From: Chiloscyllium plagiosum
Lineage: Eukaryota
Assembly (NCBI RefSeq): GCF_004010195.1
Contig: NC_057758.1
Coordinates: 1,939,542-1,982,142 of the forward strand
Length of the DNA stretch: 42,601 nucleotides
Reading direction: 5' to 3'
Shown: one piece after another, positions 1 through 12,269 of the stretch
Position numbering within the stretch: position 1 is the stretch's first letter
Layout of the letters: every line of letters starts with the position of its first letter
Notes under the pieces: generated by a model
Seen by the model: the letters and a program-made list of their open reading frames with translations, nothing else
Told to the model about the DNA's origin: nothing
Databases searched by the model: none
Position numbers and translations under genes: made by a program

Positions 1-124
1 ACCTAATCTCCTGCCATATGGCCGCATTTGGCCCATACTCTATACCCTTCCAAATCATACACACATCCAGATGCCTTTTACATGCTGCAATTGTATCGGT
101 CTCTACCACTTCCTGTGGCAGATC

Positions 125-287
125 ACGTGCAAACTCTACACAGACAGTCGCCCATAGCTGGAATCTAACCTGGGACCCTGGTACTTTGAGGCAGTATGCT
201 ACCCAGTGGGTAGCATACTGCCTCAAAGCACCAGGGTCCCAGGTTAGGTTCCAGCTATGGGCGGCTGTCTGTGTAGAGTTTGCACGT
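125..287. repeat. 81-bp-arm inverted repeat (fold-back of the SINE 5' end), 1-nt centre at 206
   Basis: 125-205 is the reverse complement of 207-287 with 3 mismatches. Confidence 0.95.
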
Positions 288-510
288 TCTCCCCGTGTTT
301 GCATGGGTTTTCTCCGGGTTCTCCGGTTTCCTCCCACAGTCACAAAGATGTGCAGGTCAGGTGAATTGTCCGTGCTAAATTGCCCATAGTGTTTGGTGCA
401 TTAGTCAGAGGGAAATGGGTCTGGGTGGGTTACTCTTCGGAGAGTCGGTGTGCACTGGTTGGGCCAAAGAGCCTGTTTCCACGCTGTAGGCATCCGAATC
501 TAAAAAAAAA
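207..510 (+). mobile_element. tRNA-derived SINE (HE1-like shark family)
   Basis: tRNA-like head, core 'gtgtagagtttgcacgttctccccgtg...ctccggtttcctcccacagtc', LINE-like tail 'gggccaaagagcctgtttccacgctgtagg' and an A-run. Same family as the copies at 2177, 11957, 19745 and 30490. Confidence 0.9.
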
Positions 511-1384
511 ATCATCCCATACTCGCACCATCCTCTGCTTGAAAATGTTGCACCTTAGGTCCCTTTTGTATCTTTACACTGCTCCCTAAAACTATGCCCT
601 CTCGTTCTGAACTCCTCTACAGCAGGGAAACCGCTTTGTCTATTTATCCTATCCATGCCCACCATGATTTTATAAACTTGAATAATGTCACCCCTCAATC
701 TCCGATGCGCCAGGAGAAGCAGCCTCAGCCTATTCAGCCTTTCACAATAGGCCAAATCCTCCAACGCAGGCAACATTCTTGTAAATATTTTCTAACCCTT
801 TCAAGTTTCACCACATCCTTCCAGTAGGAAGGAGACCAGACTTGCACGCAATATTTCAAATGAATGTCCTGAGAAGTAGCAACACGACATCTTAACTCTG
901 ACACTCAATGCTCTGACCAAGCAAGGAATGTAGAACAAAGGCCTTCTTCATTGTCCTATTTGTCTGCGTCCCTACTTTCAAAGAACCATGAACCTGCACT
1001 CCAAGTTCTCTTTGTTTATCAACACTTCCTAGACTTAATATTAAGTGAATAATTCCCGCTCTGATTGCTTTTCCAAATTTAGCACATTGCTGTTATCTAA
1101 ATTAAACATCAAATGCTACTCCTCAATGCATAGGCGGATCTGATCAAGACCCCGATATACCCTGAGGTACACCAGAAGGAATAAAGTCCATCATTGTCAA
1201 TCTCGTGTCAAAATGCATTGTAGATGACTTCTGTCATCGTAAACATTTTGCAAAATGCTGCATATGTAGTCCAAAGAATTGCATATGAGAACACGACAAT
1301 GCACAGTGCACCAAATCTAGTCTAATGAGGTACTATGGAGGCGAGGAGTGTGCAGAGTGCTCCAAATCTAGCCTCATTGGGTAA

Positions 1385-2165
1385 AAAAAGAACAAAGACA
1401 ATTCAAGCACAGGAACAGGCCTTTTAGTCCTCCAAATCTGAGCCCATCCAGATCGTGTATTTCGTGTATTTTTTAAAGATCTGTATCCTTCAGCTCCCTG
1501 CCCATACATGCAATTAAAATATATATGTCTAACATGACACCATCGTGCTCGCCTCTACTACCTACGCTGGCAAATGTGTTCTAAACCTCGGCATAAATAA
1601 AATTCCACGTATATCTCCCTTAAACCTTTCTCTCTTACTTGAAATCGTGGCCTCTAACAATTAAGTCCAGCACGATGGCAAAATAAGCTACTTGTTCTCC
1701 ACGTTGTCTATAACTCTCATGATTTTGTAGACCTCAATTGGGTCCCACCCCTCAACCTTCGTTTTTCTAATGAAAATAATCCTAATATCCGCAACCTCTC
1801 TTTGTAGCTCACGCTATCCATACCAGGTTACATCCTAGTGTACCTCCTTTGCGCCCTCCCCGAAGCATCCACTTCCTTCTGGTAAAGTGGCCTCCAGAAT
1901 GGTCAGCAGTATTCCAAATGTGACGAACCAAAGTGCTATTCAACTGTAACATCACCTGCCAACTTTTGTACACAATACCCGTCCGTTTATGGAAACTTTG
2001 CTATATGCCTCTTGACCACTCTATCGACCTACAATGCCAGTTTCAGGGTTCAATAGACCTGTACACCCAGATCTCGCCGTGCATCAATTTTCCCCAGGGA
2101 TTTTCCATTTGTCCTATAGTTCGTACTTGAACTGTATGCTGAAAAATGCATTGGCCTGTGTTGAC
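1385..2165 (-). mobile_element. CR1-type LINE 3' fragment
   Basis: 'aaagaacaaagac...acaggaacaggcc' tail and body are similar to the CR1 copies at 15385 and 31815. Confidence 0.8.
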
Positions 2166-2176
2166 ATATGACATAA

Positions 2177-2466
2177 CAGCACAGAGGCGGCACTGCGGCC
2201 TCGCAGCGTAAGAGACCCGGGTTCAATTCCCGCCTCAGGCGCCTGACTGTGTGGCGTTTGCACGTTCTCCCCGTGTCTGTGTGGGTTTCCTCTGGGTGCT
2301 CCGGTTTCCTCCCACAGTCCAAAAAACATGCAGGTTAGGTGAGTTGGCCATGCGAAATTGCCCGTAGTGTTAGGTTAAGTGGTAAATGTAGGGGAATGTG
2401 CCTGGTTGGGTTGCGGGTCGGTGTGGACTTGTTGGGCCGAAGGGCCTGTTTCCACACTGTAAGTGA
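2177..2466 (+). mobile_element. tRNA-derived SINE (HE1-like)
   Basis: B-box-like 'gggttcaattccc', conserved core, tail 'gggccgaagggcctgtttccacactgtaagt'. Confidence 0.9.
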
Positions 2467-2469
2467 AAA

Positions 2470-2659
2470 TTCACCCTTGATTTACACATGCATAGAACTG
2501 ACACTGATTGACCTCACTCAGATCAAAGTGGACAGCAGCTCTGACCCTTTTCTATACATTTGTCAGCTAGGGCTCCCGGCTTGGAGCAGTTTTACATCTC
2601 CCAATGAGGAAACTATATTTTATGATGCCAACCTGACAGACCTCGTTACATTTATTACA
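2470..2659 (-). repeat. 3' LTR remnant of Gypsy family A
   Basis: Alignable with 14163-14353 (cccaatgaggaaactatattttatgatgccaacctgacagacctc vs cccaatcagggagtgctattctgtgaggtccgcctggccaaactc). Both start TGTAAT on the - strand. Confidence 0.65.
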
Positions 2660-5600
2660 TCCATTCACTTCTCATTCCAAAGGCAGGTGCCTGTTATTCT
2701 TCTCGTAGCCGCTCATGGGGTGCTATTGAACCATGTCTAGTTCCTCCTACTCAACCTCGGAGACCCTTCTTGTGTACCAGACTGGACGAGCCTTTCTGCC
2801 CAGAGCATCTGGGAGCAGGTTCATTTCCTTCTTCACGTGGAAAAGGCGTGAAAGCTGCGACATCCACTGTGTTCATCTCAGTCTCCGAGATTTCTTCGAT
2901 ATTAAACAGAGGAAAAGAACCCAGGGTTCTGACAGCCTTTCTGGCTATTCCGAGGGACAGGGTGCTTTTTTTTTTGCTCTTGACCGGTTTGCGCATTTGC
3001 CGTTTTTCTGTCGTCCACATGCTTATTCAGGATCGCCTCAACGACCCAAACTGCATATGTCATGGCATTTGACCTATTTCCCATTGAGGTGCCATTTCCA
3101 TGATTTCAACGCAAAACGTTGTCCCGTAAAGTAAACTGTCGCTCTTGCTTACAGGAGCCTTACATCCAGCATTGGTGTCCTTGATACCACTTCATACGAT
3201 TCCCCCGCCTGCTCCCGCATCAGCTTTAGGATGATCAGATTTAGCATGGTGCAGAGTTTTCTCCCAATAACACCTCTGCTACAGCTATCGACGAAGTTGC
3301 ATGAAAACTGGCTCTGTAATCAAAACTGGAACCGGGACATTTTGGTATTGAGTGAACTCCAAGTTGTTTATTTGAGAATGCCTTCAACGTTTGGAGTACT
3401 CTTTCCACTAGACTATCGGTCGATGAATGATCTGAAGCTGTCCTTTTATGTCAAATGCCATTTGCCTTTAGGAAATACTCGAAATTCCTGATGATTAACA
3501 GATTGCCCTGTTTCTGTGACCAAAACTTCCCGGAGCCCATGTATTGCAAAGGACTTTCACAACTTTTCCATTGCCGTCCATGTGTTTGACGAATGAACGC
3601 CATGTTTGTCCAACCATTTAGAGTTGGTGTGTGCAGTAACTAAGAACGTTTTAGTCTATGAAAGGCGCGGCATAGTTGTTGTATAACCGAGTCCATGGTG
3701 TACCTGCTCTTCCCCATTAAGTAAGGGGGTAAATATTGGTGTTGTTCGTACTCTGGGAACTGACTCACCAACGCGTCCAGTGCTGGCCACCAGTTAAAAC
3801 CTATCCCCAAACATTCATCAGTTTCGACACACTTGTATGACTCTGGTGCAATTCAGCCAGTATCTGATGGCGACCTTTGTTCAGGACGATCACTCGTGCT
3901 CTCGTATTAAAATGTCATCCGCTACAGTGACTTGGCTTTGCCAGATGCACAATGGTATAAATGTGGCTGTTATCGTCAGTTTGTTTTCCCCCATCATCAG
4001 CAGCTCTTTCATTTTTGCCAGGGATGGGTCTTTTGGCATCCACAATTTGATATATTCAGAGTTGACTCCAAGACTTTTCACTAACCAGAATGGGTTCTTC
4101 CAGTGTGCGCACTAACAATGGTGCATCTGCTATCTGGTAATTATTTTCCTTGCATGGTGTTCCAATTTGTAAATGCATGCAATGAGAATGAGAACCCCCC
4201 ATTGAATTCGACCTGAAGCGATGGAAAATACGGCCTTTTCGCCTTTGACTAGACATGGCAGATGTTTTTAGTCTATTACTGTTACGAATTCATGTTTGTA
4301 AAGATATTGCTGGAACTTTGTCACATACAAGATGACCAGCACACCTTTCGTCTCTGGGCGTACTTGCACTCAGCATCAGTCAAAGTCCAGGAAGCATACC
4401 CTATTGAGGCTTTCGTTGCCTTGAGCCAACAGTGAGTGAACACTACTCCGATACCATATGGGGAGGCATCTCATGTCAGCACTAGATCTTCCATGAGATC
4501 ATAGTGTGCCAACACCTTCGACGATCAGAGCTGTTTCTTCAGTTCCCGAAAGGGGAAGTCTTTGAGACCCTTTCCAACTGCTAACCATTTTACAATAAAA
4601 GATGGTAAACTGTCAGGACGATGTCAGGTTGAGTATGAACATTCCGTAACTCTTCTCCAATTCAAGAAGAAATCTATGCTCCGTCCACATATGGGAGCAG
4701 GGACACATTTTATTGACCTCACGTTATCTTCCAAGAGGTGTAATGCGGTCTTGTCATCTGCGTCGCCCTAGCAGGTCAACTGAAGTGCCTGAAAGAGAAA
4801 TTTCTCCCTTCTAATGCGTACGCTCGCATTGTGGAATCATGTCCAACTTGTGGAAACTATGTCCAACTTCTCGTACTCACTATCAGTCTTCCGAGCTATC
4901 AACACGTCTTTCAATTAAGTGGTAAACTGGATTAGATCTTGTCAAATCTTCTCCATCCTTCGCAGGAAAATGGCACATTCTGATGAGACCCCACATAGCA
5001 GTCTTGTGTGCTGGTAAAGCACTAATGCATATTAATTATATCTTACGTCTGGAAATGTTGTTTAACCACAACTGAAAGACAGCCCAGTCCCATTCCCACC
5101 AGCTATGTGTAGCAATCCTCTTTGCGATGGTTTGGGTATTTATCCAGGTGCGAAAAGCGTTCTTCTTAAAAGGCCCAATAAAGGCAAACGAATCTGTTGG
5201 ACTTGACAATCCGTATGTCTAGTACCACCTATTCCACAGACTTGTGATGATGGTATGGATTTAAAAGTTTTTGTTTTCATTGCATTTGAAGAGAGGTTGT
5301 AAGACCGAGGCGCCGAGCAGTTTGTCATAACTAAAAGAATAAACAGCTTGTGAAGACTTTCGCTCTATTTTTCAAGATGGAACAATGGGGCCAACGCGGC
5401 TGGGTGTGGACAGCTCTCACAGGACAGGTTTTCAAGTTCCTTTAGAAGCTTTCCCTACATCAGTTACAGCTAAAAGGTAGCATTTTTAGCTGGGCGACCT
5501 GTGAGAGAAATCTGTTCTTTTGACTTATACTTTCTTCTTTAGGATGTGTTAATCAGATGTTACCATATAGGAACAGATAATTGGAAATACTCACTGTAGC
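2660..5600 (-). mobile_element. pol: Decayed Ty3/Gypsy pol (RT-RNaseH-integrase, canonical order)
   Basis: Broken - strand motifs: 'RFSHLDKYP' (~5150), 'YQHTRLLCGVSS' (~5000), RNase H DASPYGIG-like (~4450), 'IKLWMPKDPSLAKMKEL' (3890..4081), 'WWPALD' (~3785). Many stops and frameshifts. Confidence 0.8.
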
Positions 5601-5604
5601 GAGG

Positions 5605-6391
5605 ATGATGGCCCAAGCCAGACCCCTTCCAATTATTTTCAGAGGGATGTCCAGACCCTAACATTTTTTCCCCAAAGGCAGATGTACCGTGTATGTCCCA
5701 TGAGTGCTGCAGCTTATCACTTGGCTTCAAGCATAACATAATCTTTGTTCGCAGATTGTGAATGAAACACGAAGAAAAGTAAATAGAATTTAGAATAAGG
5801 TAACTATTTGAAACGGCACGTTTTGGGCAAAAGCCCTTCATCAGGCTTTTGTCAGAAACGTCAATTTCCCTGCTCCTCGGATGCTGCTTGATCTGCTGTG
5901 CTTTTTCAGCATCACTCTAATCTAAACATTGATTTCCGGCATTTGCAGTCCTGAGTTTTGCTTAACTACTTGAAAACTCAACCAACTCAAATCGCAACTT
6001 AACAAAGCTGTTTCAATTCCCACAATATCACATAAATACATCCGTTTGCAAATGATAAATTCAAACACAGGTACTTACAAGCAGAAGAGATTTCAGAGAG
6101 AAGGTTCAGGTAATTCCTCTGTGGAGGCATGGTAACTATTTCACTATGGCTGTTTCTCTGCCATTAGTAGCTTCTGGCTCCTTGCTAAACCTAAACCAAG
6201 TTGGAAAAACCCTAAACTGGGAGTAATGGCGACTCCCTATTTCATTGTATGTGTTTAAAAAAAAACTAAAGGCCTCCTCTGATCGGTGACTTAGGACGTT
6301 TCTACAAGCCGTTCTGGCACCATTGCCTTTGCAACTCCTCTCGAAGAAAACCAAGGACAACACAACCTTTTGAAAGGGCAGCATCGTCACA
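5605..6391 (-). repeat. 3' LTR of the Gmr1-type element
   Basis: Starts TGTGACGATGC on the - strand; colinear with 11297-11908 at roughly 70% identity by eye. Left boundary approximate. Confidence 0.8.
5814..5962 (+). mobile_element. Short Penelope-like terminal fragment inserted in the LTR, with a 13-bp TSD
   Basis: 'gaaacgtcaatttcccctgctcctcggatgctgc' matches the ends of the Penelope-like element at 22580-23900. Flanked by taactatttgaaa (5801-5813) and taactacttgaaa (5963-5975); absent from the sister LTR. Confidence 0.75.
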
Positions 6392-6580
6392 TGTCCTCCT
6401 TTTAAGCAATGCACTATCAGTACACAAAAGCCCTCATTTTACATCCCCTTAGTCTTTCATTGTTAGTACACTATGATACACATGCATTACATTGGCCATA
6501 ATGATACAACCATGCACAAATACATTCTATTTCTGTCTGTTTACTCTTGCAACGAATGTCTCCGTGTCTCACCTAAATCT

Positions 6581-6618
6581 CGACAATGCATTGGCACTCA
6601 CGTGCCAATGCATTGTCG
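6581..6618. repeat. Perfect 17-bp inverted repeat with a 4-nt loop
   Basis: cgacaatgcattggcac-tcac-gtgccaatgcattgtcg. Confidence 0.95.
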
Positions 6619-9600
6619 GCATGTACACTTTCCAAATTGAATGGCTGCAATGATAAGCTCTATCTGAACAGTCTGTAATATTTGTCCTTAAATTTCTCTA
6701 AAAACGTTAATAGGTTATGATCGGTATATATAATTGTCTTAGACATATTACTGTCAACATATTTTTTTAATATTCTAACACCAACACCAAGCTGACCGTC
6801 CTTTTATTAATCGTCCAACATTTGTGTTGATGAACCCCAATTTCCGGGAAAACATTCTTCTCGTCTCCTTCCTGTAAGAGGAGAGAACTGAGGCCAAAAT
6901 GATTTGCATCGATACCAACCTTGAATCAGCTTTGTCCAATATTGGGGCAGCAGTTAACAGCTCCCAGGCTGCCTAATGCCTTTTGACAGTCTTCCGTCCA
7001 CTGAAACTCCTTGTATTTCTTTACTAATTGAGTGAGTGGAGCAGCCACACTGCTAAAATTCGGTACGAATTTCCGATACAACCCACTGAATCCCAGGAAT
7101 CACAAGACTGTTTTTTTCATTATGGTATGGGAAACCTTTATTTTTACATTCCGTAGGGCTTTTTAGTCAGGTCCGATAAAATGCCCCAGGAACGTGACGT
7201 AAACTTTGGTAAATTCAATCTGTGCCAGGTTTATCACCACGGCTGCCTCTGAACTTTGATCGAGTAATTTTGATAAATGCTGCAAATGTTCTGTCTATGT
7301 CTGACAAAAGAACGCCAGATCATCGATGTAAAGCACATAATTGGGTGATCCAATGACGTTATTGGTTAGTCTTTGAAATGTAGAGGGCACATTTCCCATG
7401 GGAAAAGAATAACTTTAAATTGATACAGTCCAGTCGTTGTTATAAAAGCTAAAACTACCTGCTCTTTGGGAAAAAAAGATACCTGCCATTTTCTTCTGAG
7501 TAAGTTCAACTTCGAAACATAAGATACTTGTGCAAACGTCTCCATACAGGACACCAAATGTGACCTCAGATATCAATCAAATTTTGTCCTGAATTGACTT
7601 TGCGACAGTCCTCAAATTACTTAACTGTGCCATCTGGTTTTGGCACCATTGCTATGGGTGAGCTTGACTTACTGTAGCTCACTTCGATGCGTTCATCATA
7701 GGGCCTACGTTTAACTTCCTTTTGAACATGTGTCAACTTTACAGAGTAAGTACTACAATGAGTTTGTGTAACTGGTAGAAAGTCAGGAATTGCAAGAGCA
7801 CTTCCCATATCTACAACATGCATAATTAGGTTATTACTTCCCAGCTTATTTCCACATATCTCGCTATGCAATAACAATAACTCTGCCAGGTGGCTTTGAT
7901 TTTCTTCCAGGATTTAATTAAATAATTTATTGCAATTTTTGAGGACTTCCTCGGTGTCCAATTTAATTTGAGGAATATTCAATTAAGCATTTTCTGAACT
8001 TAGTTCTTCAGTATATGTTTTTCACAGTAACGCATTCTCTTTGAGATTTCCTTCCCTACCAATACACATTTGTAGCTTACTGACATGTAACATGCAGTGA
8101 GATTTCTTTATGTCTGGAGTCCTTATCAAAAAGGTTCGCCTTGTTCAATCTCCTTTTGTATTGATGAGGTCCACAAAATGATGTTTTAAATGTTCACCTA
8201 TCATTGGAATTAACGCTAAAGCCTCATACCGGTTAGCAAAACTGTGAGTTTGTGATTTCTTGTTTGTGTCCTGTTTCATCATGCGCTGTGACATTTTAAT
8301 TGCCCCCTATCCCACTTACCCATTGTAATGGAACGTTCCCTACCATTTGACACAAAGTCCAAATATGTGGTTTCTGCATTCCGATTAATCAATTTCTCCT
8401 TAATTAATTTACTTCATGCCGAGAAACTCATTCAAATGGTCTCAGTTTAGTCAATTCATTTGTTGTATCTCCAATAGTAAAACGTACAACTGGAATTCAC
8501 TGATCCCAATCAGCTGGACAGTCTTGACTATCACCCTTCACATGTCTTTAACGTCTGATGCAACATTACTCGCGTTCCCTGCTTTCCTGCCTGGTACGAA
8601 CCGGATTTGAATTGTTTTGTTCCGAAAATCTCTATAGCTTGCTTGAATAATTTTGACATTATGTTTGACCCTTGATCTGACTGTATCTTTGTGGAAGTCC
8701 GTATCCAGTGAAAAAAAAGGTAACTCTTCTAAAATTCTTTTAGCTGTGATATTACATTATGGAATGGCCTCTGGAAATGTAAAGGTCACTCCAATCTTGG
8801 TTGACAAACAACGATTTGCAGTTTTTTGTTTCGTTAGGTTCACATTCAATCATTTAACACTCCTACAAAAGACTCTTCAAATGCAGCAAAACATAATAAA
8901 GCTGCTGGTTTTATTACTGTCTGCTGTTTTCCAATTAGGTAAAATGGTTACGGATCTGGCAAAATTCAACTGCATCCTTACGCAGTCCAGGCCAGTTACA
9001 ATGCTTTTGTGTTTTACCTTGAGTCTTTCTTGCCTCTAAATTGACTCTACCAGGATTTCTCGTGCGACCCACAACACGTTCTCTCAAAATTCCACTGGTA
9101 ATATGAAATGATAAAATTATGCCCATTTGTCATCTGCCTGAATGTGTGATAGTCTTCATTTCCTCATTGAGGCATCATTTTTAAAATAGTAGCATCAGGG
9201 ATTCCCTTAGATTCGCTTCCATCTATTCTTTTGGATACAATTGCTTCCGTTTTTCACTTTTAGATGAAACTCAGATACATTTCCTGAAGTGAAGATGTTC
9301 ACTTTGTCTTCTATCTGTTTCTGATCTGCCTGAATCATTTGATTTATTTGATCCCTAATAATTCTACTTCATCTTTCCTATCTGTACTCTTTATTAATCG
9401 TCCAGTTTCAAATGGTGACTTCGTGATTTGTTTACCAGACAGTCAGGAATAATCACAGAATATGTTTCCTTTAATGCCTCAGTTGCGTGATTTTTCACTG
9501 GCCTTTCAACCGCATTTTGCAACACTCCTAGCTGTGACCCATCTAGCAAGGACAAATAGTATTCCTGGAAACGAAAGTTTTTTTTTTCCCCAAGGATTCG

Positions 9601-11275
9601 TACAACCACTTCTCCACTTTTCACTGGACATTCTAGCATCACTCTACATAATTGAGCAATAGATTCCTCACCATTAATTCCACGTTATTTTTTCGTAGTC
9701 GGCCGGTTGAGTTACATATCTCTTCATCTCCAACATCAAAAATTGACATTATCTTGCATCTCTTAATACAGCAAACTCTTCAGCTGCTGCTCCTGATCTA
9801 TGTGAGAAAAAGTCACCTTCACAGGTTCATGGTTTAAGAGATCTTCCTTAACTAATATCCAAATAGCTAGTACATTCTGTTGAAGCTTTTTATGCCTCAA
9901 CTGTGCTTTTCTTTCTCCGTTAAACAAAATTCACTAGCTTGCCCCGTTTTCATCCAACCGTCTTCCCACAGTGCTTATTTTAACTCAACGACATTGTCAA
10001 TTCGTTGAAAACACCGGGGCACTTTAACTTCTCTTTCCACTTCATGGGTTTCCCTTTTACCCTGCAGTAAATGATCCTTCTGGTCTTCATTGCGAACAAC
10101 TTTTCCTTCTCACGTGAGTAGTTCATTTTTACTCAATTTCTATCTCTCACTGATTGAAGTTTTCGTTGGAAGCCAAACGTTGTTTTATGAGCCAACGCAT
10201 AATCATCAGCAATTTCAAATCCAAATCTTGCCGTTGTCACTCTTTGCTCTTCCAAATGTGTTATCACTACTTCAGAGAGTGAATTTTTGAACTCATCCAA
10301 AGTAATTGTCTTTCTAAGGCTTGCTCAATTTTAATGCCTGCATCCACGTACCCAAATTACTTTATTTGATCGTTTCAACCTCAATGTATGCTTGACCAGC
10401 ATCCCTGCTTAGGTTTCTGAAAAGTTGGCTGTTGGCTTCTAACACAAGCCGATATACACTTAAGATGTCTTTCTTCGTCTCCTCATTCTCTTCAGATACC
10501 TCCTCTGATAGTGATGCGAATACCTCACTGGCTCTAACTGTGAGCTTTGACTGTATATATAAAAAAACAAATGGTCACTGGCCACTTCATTTTTCGGGCC
10601 ACCTTCACAAATGAGATGAAAAAAGGCTTCTACACATTTTGCATCAAAATTAGCCAATGCTTCGATATTTTTAAGTGGAAGACGAACAGGATTTTGGCTA
10701 CGATGGTATGTGCATCCTTACTAGCTTCCATATTCAGGTTTCCTTCTGAAATCATCTCCACGCTATTAAGCCGATTTCTCCCTCTAACTGCCAATTTTTG
10801 AATGTCTACTCTCTTATTTTTTCTTGTTTTGTTGAAGCAATTCTGTCTTTTTATTTTCACTCTGCTTTTAAACGTAATTCACACTGCTTCATTCTCTCCT
10901 GTTTGTCTTCCTTTTCTTTTTAACTCAAACAACTTCATTTTCAAATGAATTGTAGACATCTCTAAAGATTCTGATAGCGTTTCCAGCAAATTAAAATGCT
11001 GAACTATTGCTTTATGATCTCGCATGTTCTCGTGGATGAAGGTATCTCCATCCAGCTTATTTGCCAATTCCAACATAATTGCCTTGTTCACCTTTTGTAA
11101 AGCCTTCAAAGTCACATCCTTCATTCCCGGCCAAGTCTCGGTGCCTGATGAGCCAAGTCGACACCAAGCACTGCTGAACCAATCGAATGCATCAACGGGA
11201 ATAAAAGACAACAACGCCTACCACTCGCGGCCTTTGAGTCCAACGACCATAATCACAATTGGAACTATAGAATAC

Positions 11276-11293
11276 ATCCTGGACGGGTCTCCA
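11276..11293 (-). promoter_or_regulatory. Primer-binding site, tRNA-Pro-like
   Basis: - strand TGGAGACCCGTCCAGGAT vs canonical TGGGGGCTCGTCCGGGAT (14/18), immediately after the 5' LTR. Confidence 0.75.
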
Positions 11294-11296
11294 TTC

Positions 11297-11908
11297 TGCT
11301 ATCAACGAGGCCATTAAATAATTTTAGTAGGTATTCCAGATCCGAACTTCTTTTGCTTGAAAGGAAGATGTAGAGTGCATTTCCAGGAGTGCTGCAGCTG
11401 ATCATATCTCTCAGCTTCAAATAGATCAAAATGTATTTATATATCATGGTTTATAGACAAAAAAACAGAGTTTAGAATAATTTAAATACTTCAAAATCGT
11501 GCTGACTCAAAACCGCAAATCATTGAAGCTGTTCCAATTCCCGCAATACCCCATTAACACACACCTTGCCAAAAGACGAATTCAAACACAGGATTTTAGA
11601 CACATGTGAGATTTCAGATTGAAAGCTCAGGAAAGACCTCTGTTGGAGCACGGAACCTCTTTTCACTGTAACTGCTTCTCTGATTTCAGGAGCTTCTGAC
11701 TCCCAGCTAAAGCTAAACCAACCTAGAAAGCTCCTGAAGTGGGAGAAGTGACCATTCCCCTTTCATTGTAAATCTGTTTCAAAATATTCTTCTCTGATTG
11801 CTGAATTACGCAGTTTCTGCCAGCCATTTCAACACCACTGTCTTTACACACCCTCATGAAAAAAAAACAAGGACAACATAACCTTGTTAAAGGATCAGCA
11901 TTTTCATA
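11297..11908 (-). repeat. 5' LTR of the Gmr1-type element
   Basis: Homologous to 5605-6391 and adjacent to the PBS. Confidence 0.8.
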
Positions 11909-11956
11909 TTATTGTTGGGATCTCAGCTACCTTCTTAATACCTTCTCAGCTACCTA

Positions 11957-12263
11957 GGAGCGGCACGGTGGCACAGTGGCACAGTGGTTGGTATTGCTGC
12001 CTCACTGCACCAGGGTCCCAGGTTCGATTCTAGCCTTGGGCGACTGTCTGTATGGAGTTTGCACATTCTCCCCGTGTCTGTGTGGGCTTCCTCTGGGTGC
12101 TCCGGTTTCCTCCCACAGTCCAAAGATGTGCATGGATTGGCCATGCTGAACGACCCATAATGTTAGGTGGAGGGGGATGGGTCTGGGTGGGTTGCTCTTC
12201 GGAGGGTCGGTGTGGGCTTGTTGGGCTGAAGGGCCTGTTTTCACATTGTAAGTAATCTAATCT
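11957..12263 (+). mobile_element. tRNA-derived SINE (HE1-like)
   Basis: A-box-like 'tggcacagtgg' (locally duplicated), B-box 'ggttcgattc', conserved core, (aatct)n tail. Confidence 0.9.
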
Positions 12264-12269
12264 TAATAT

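Larger units (their letters stand above)
1..1165 (-). mobile_element. CR1-type LINE 3' fragment (ORF2 C-terminus), interrupted by a SINE at 125-510
   Basis: ORF 555..776(-) 'LAYCERLNRLRLLLLAHRRLRGDIIQVYKIMVGMDR...RTRGHSF' is the typical CR1 ORF2 C-terminal motif. The sequence on both sides of the SINE is contiguous (ggcagatca...atcatcccatac). Confidence 0.85.
5605..11908 (-). mobile_element. Full-length but decayed Gmr1-type Gypsy LTR retrotransposon (gag-PR-IN-RT-RH)
   Basis: Related LTRs at ~11297-11908 and ~5605-6391; PBS 11276-11293; PPT-like 'ttaaaaggagga' just before the 3' LTR; gag ~11200-9900; IN 'RKTQGKTQKHCNWPGLRKDAVEFC' (8935..9126), 'FPEAIP', 'DQGSN'; RT 'SSPIAMVPKPDG' (7617..7877) and 'YIDDL' (~7320); RNase H ~6950-6600. 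Confidence 0.85.

Noticed and set aside
1301..1383. ~32-bp imperfect direct repeat
   Set aside because: Short degenerate LINE-like fragment; no evidence of function.
11957..12040. tRNA gene (also at 207, 2177, 19745, 30905)
   Set aside because: A/B-box heads of SINEs; no complete cloverleaf evident, and most continue into the SINE core.
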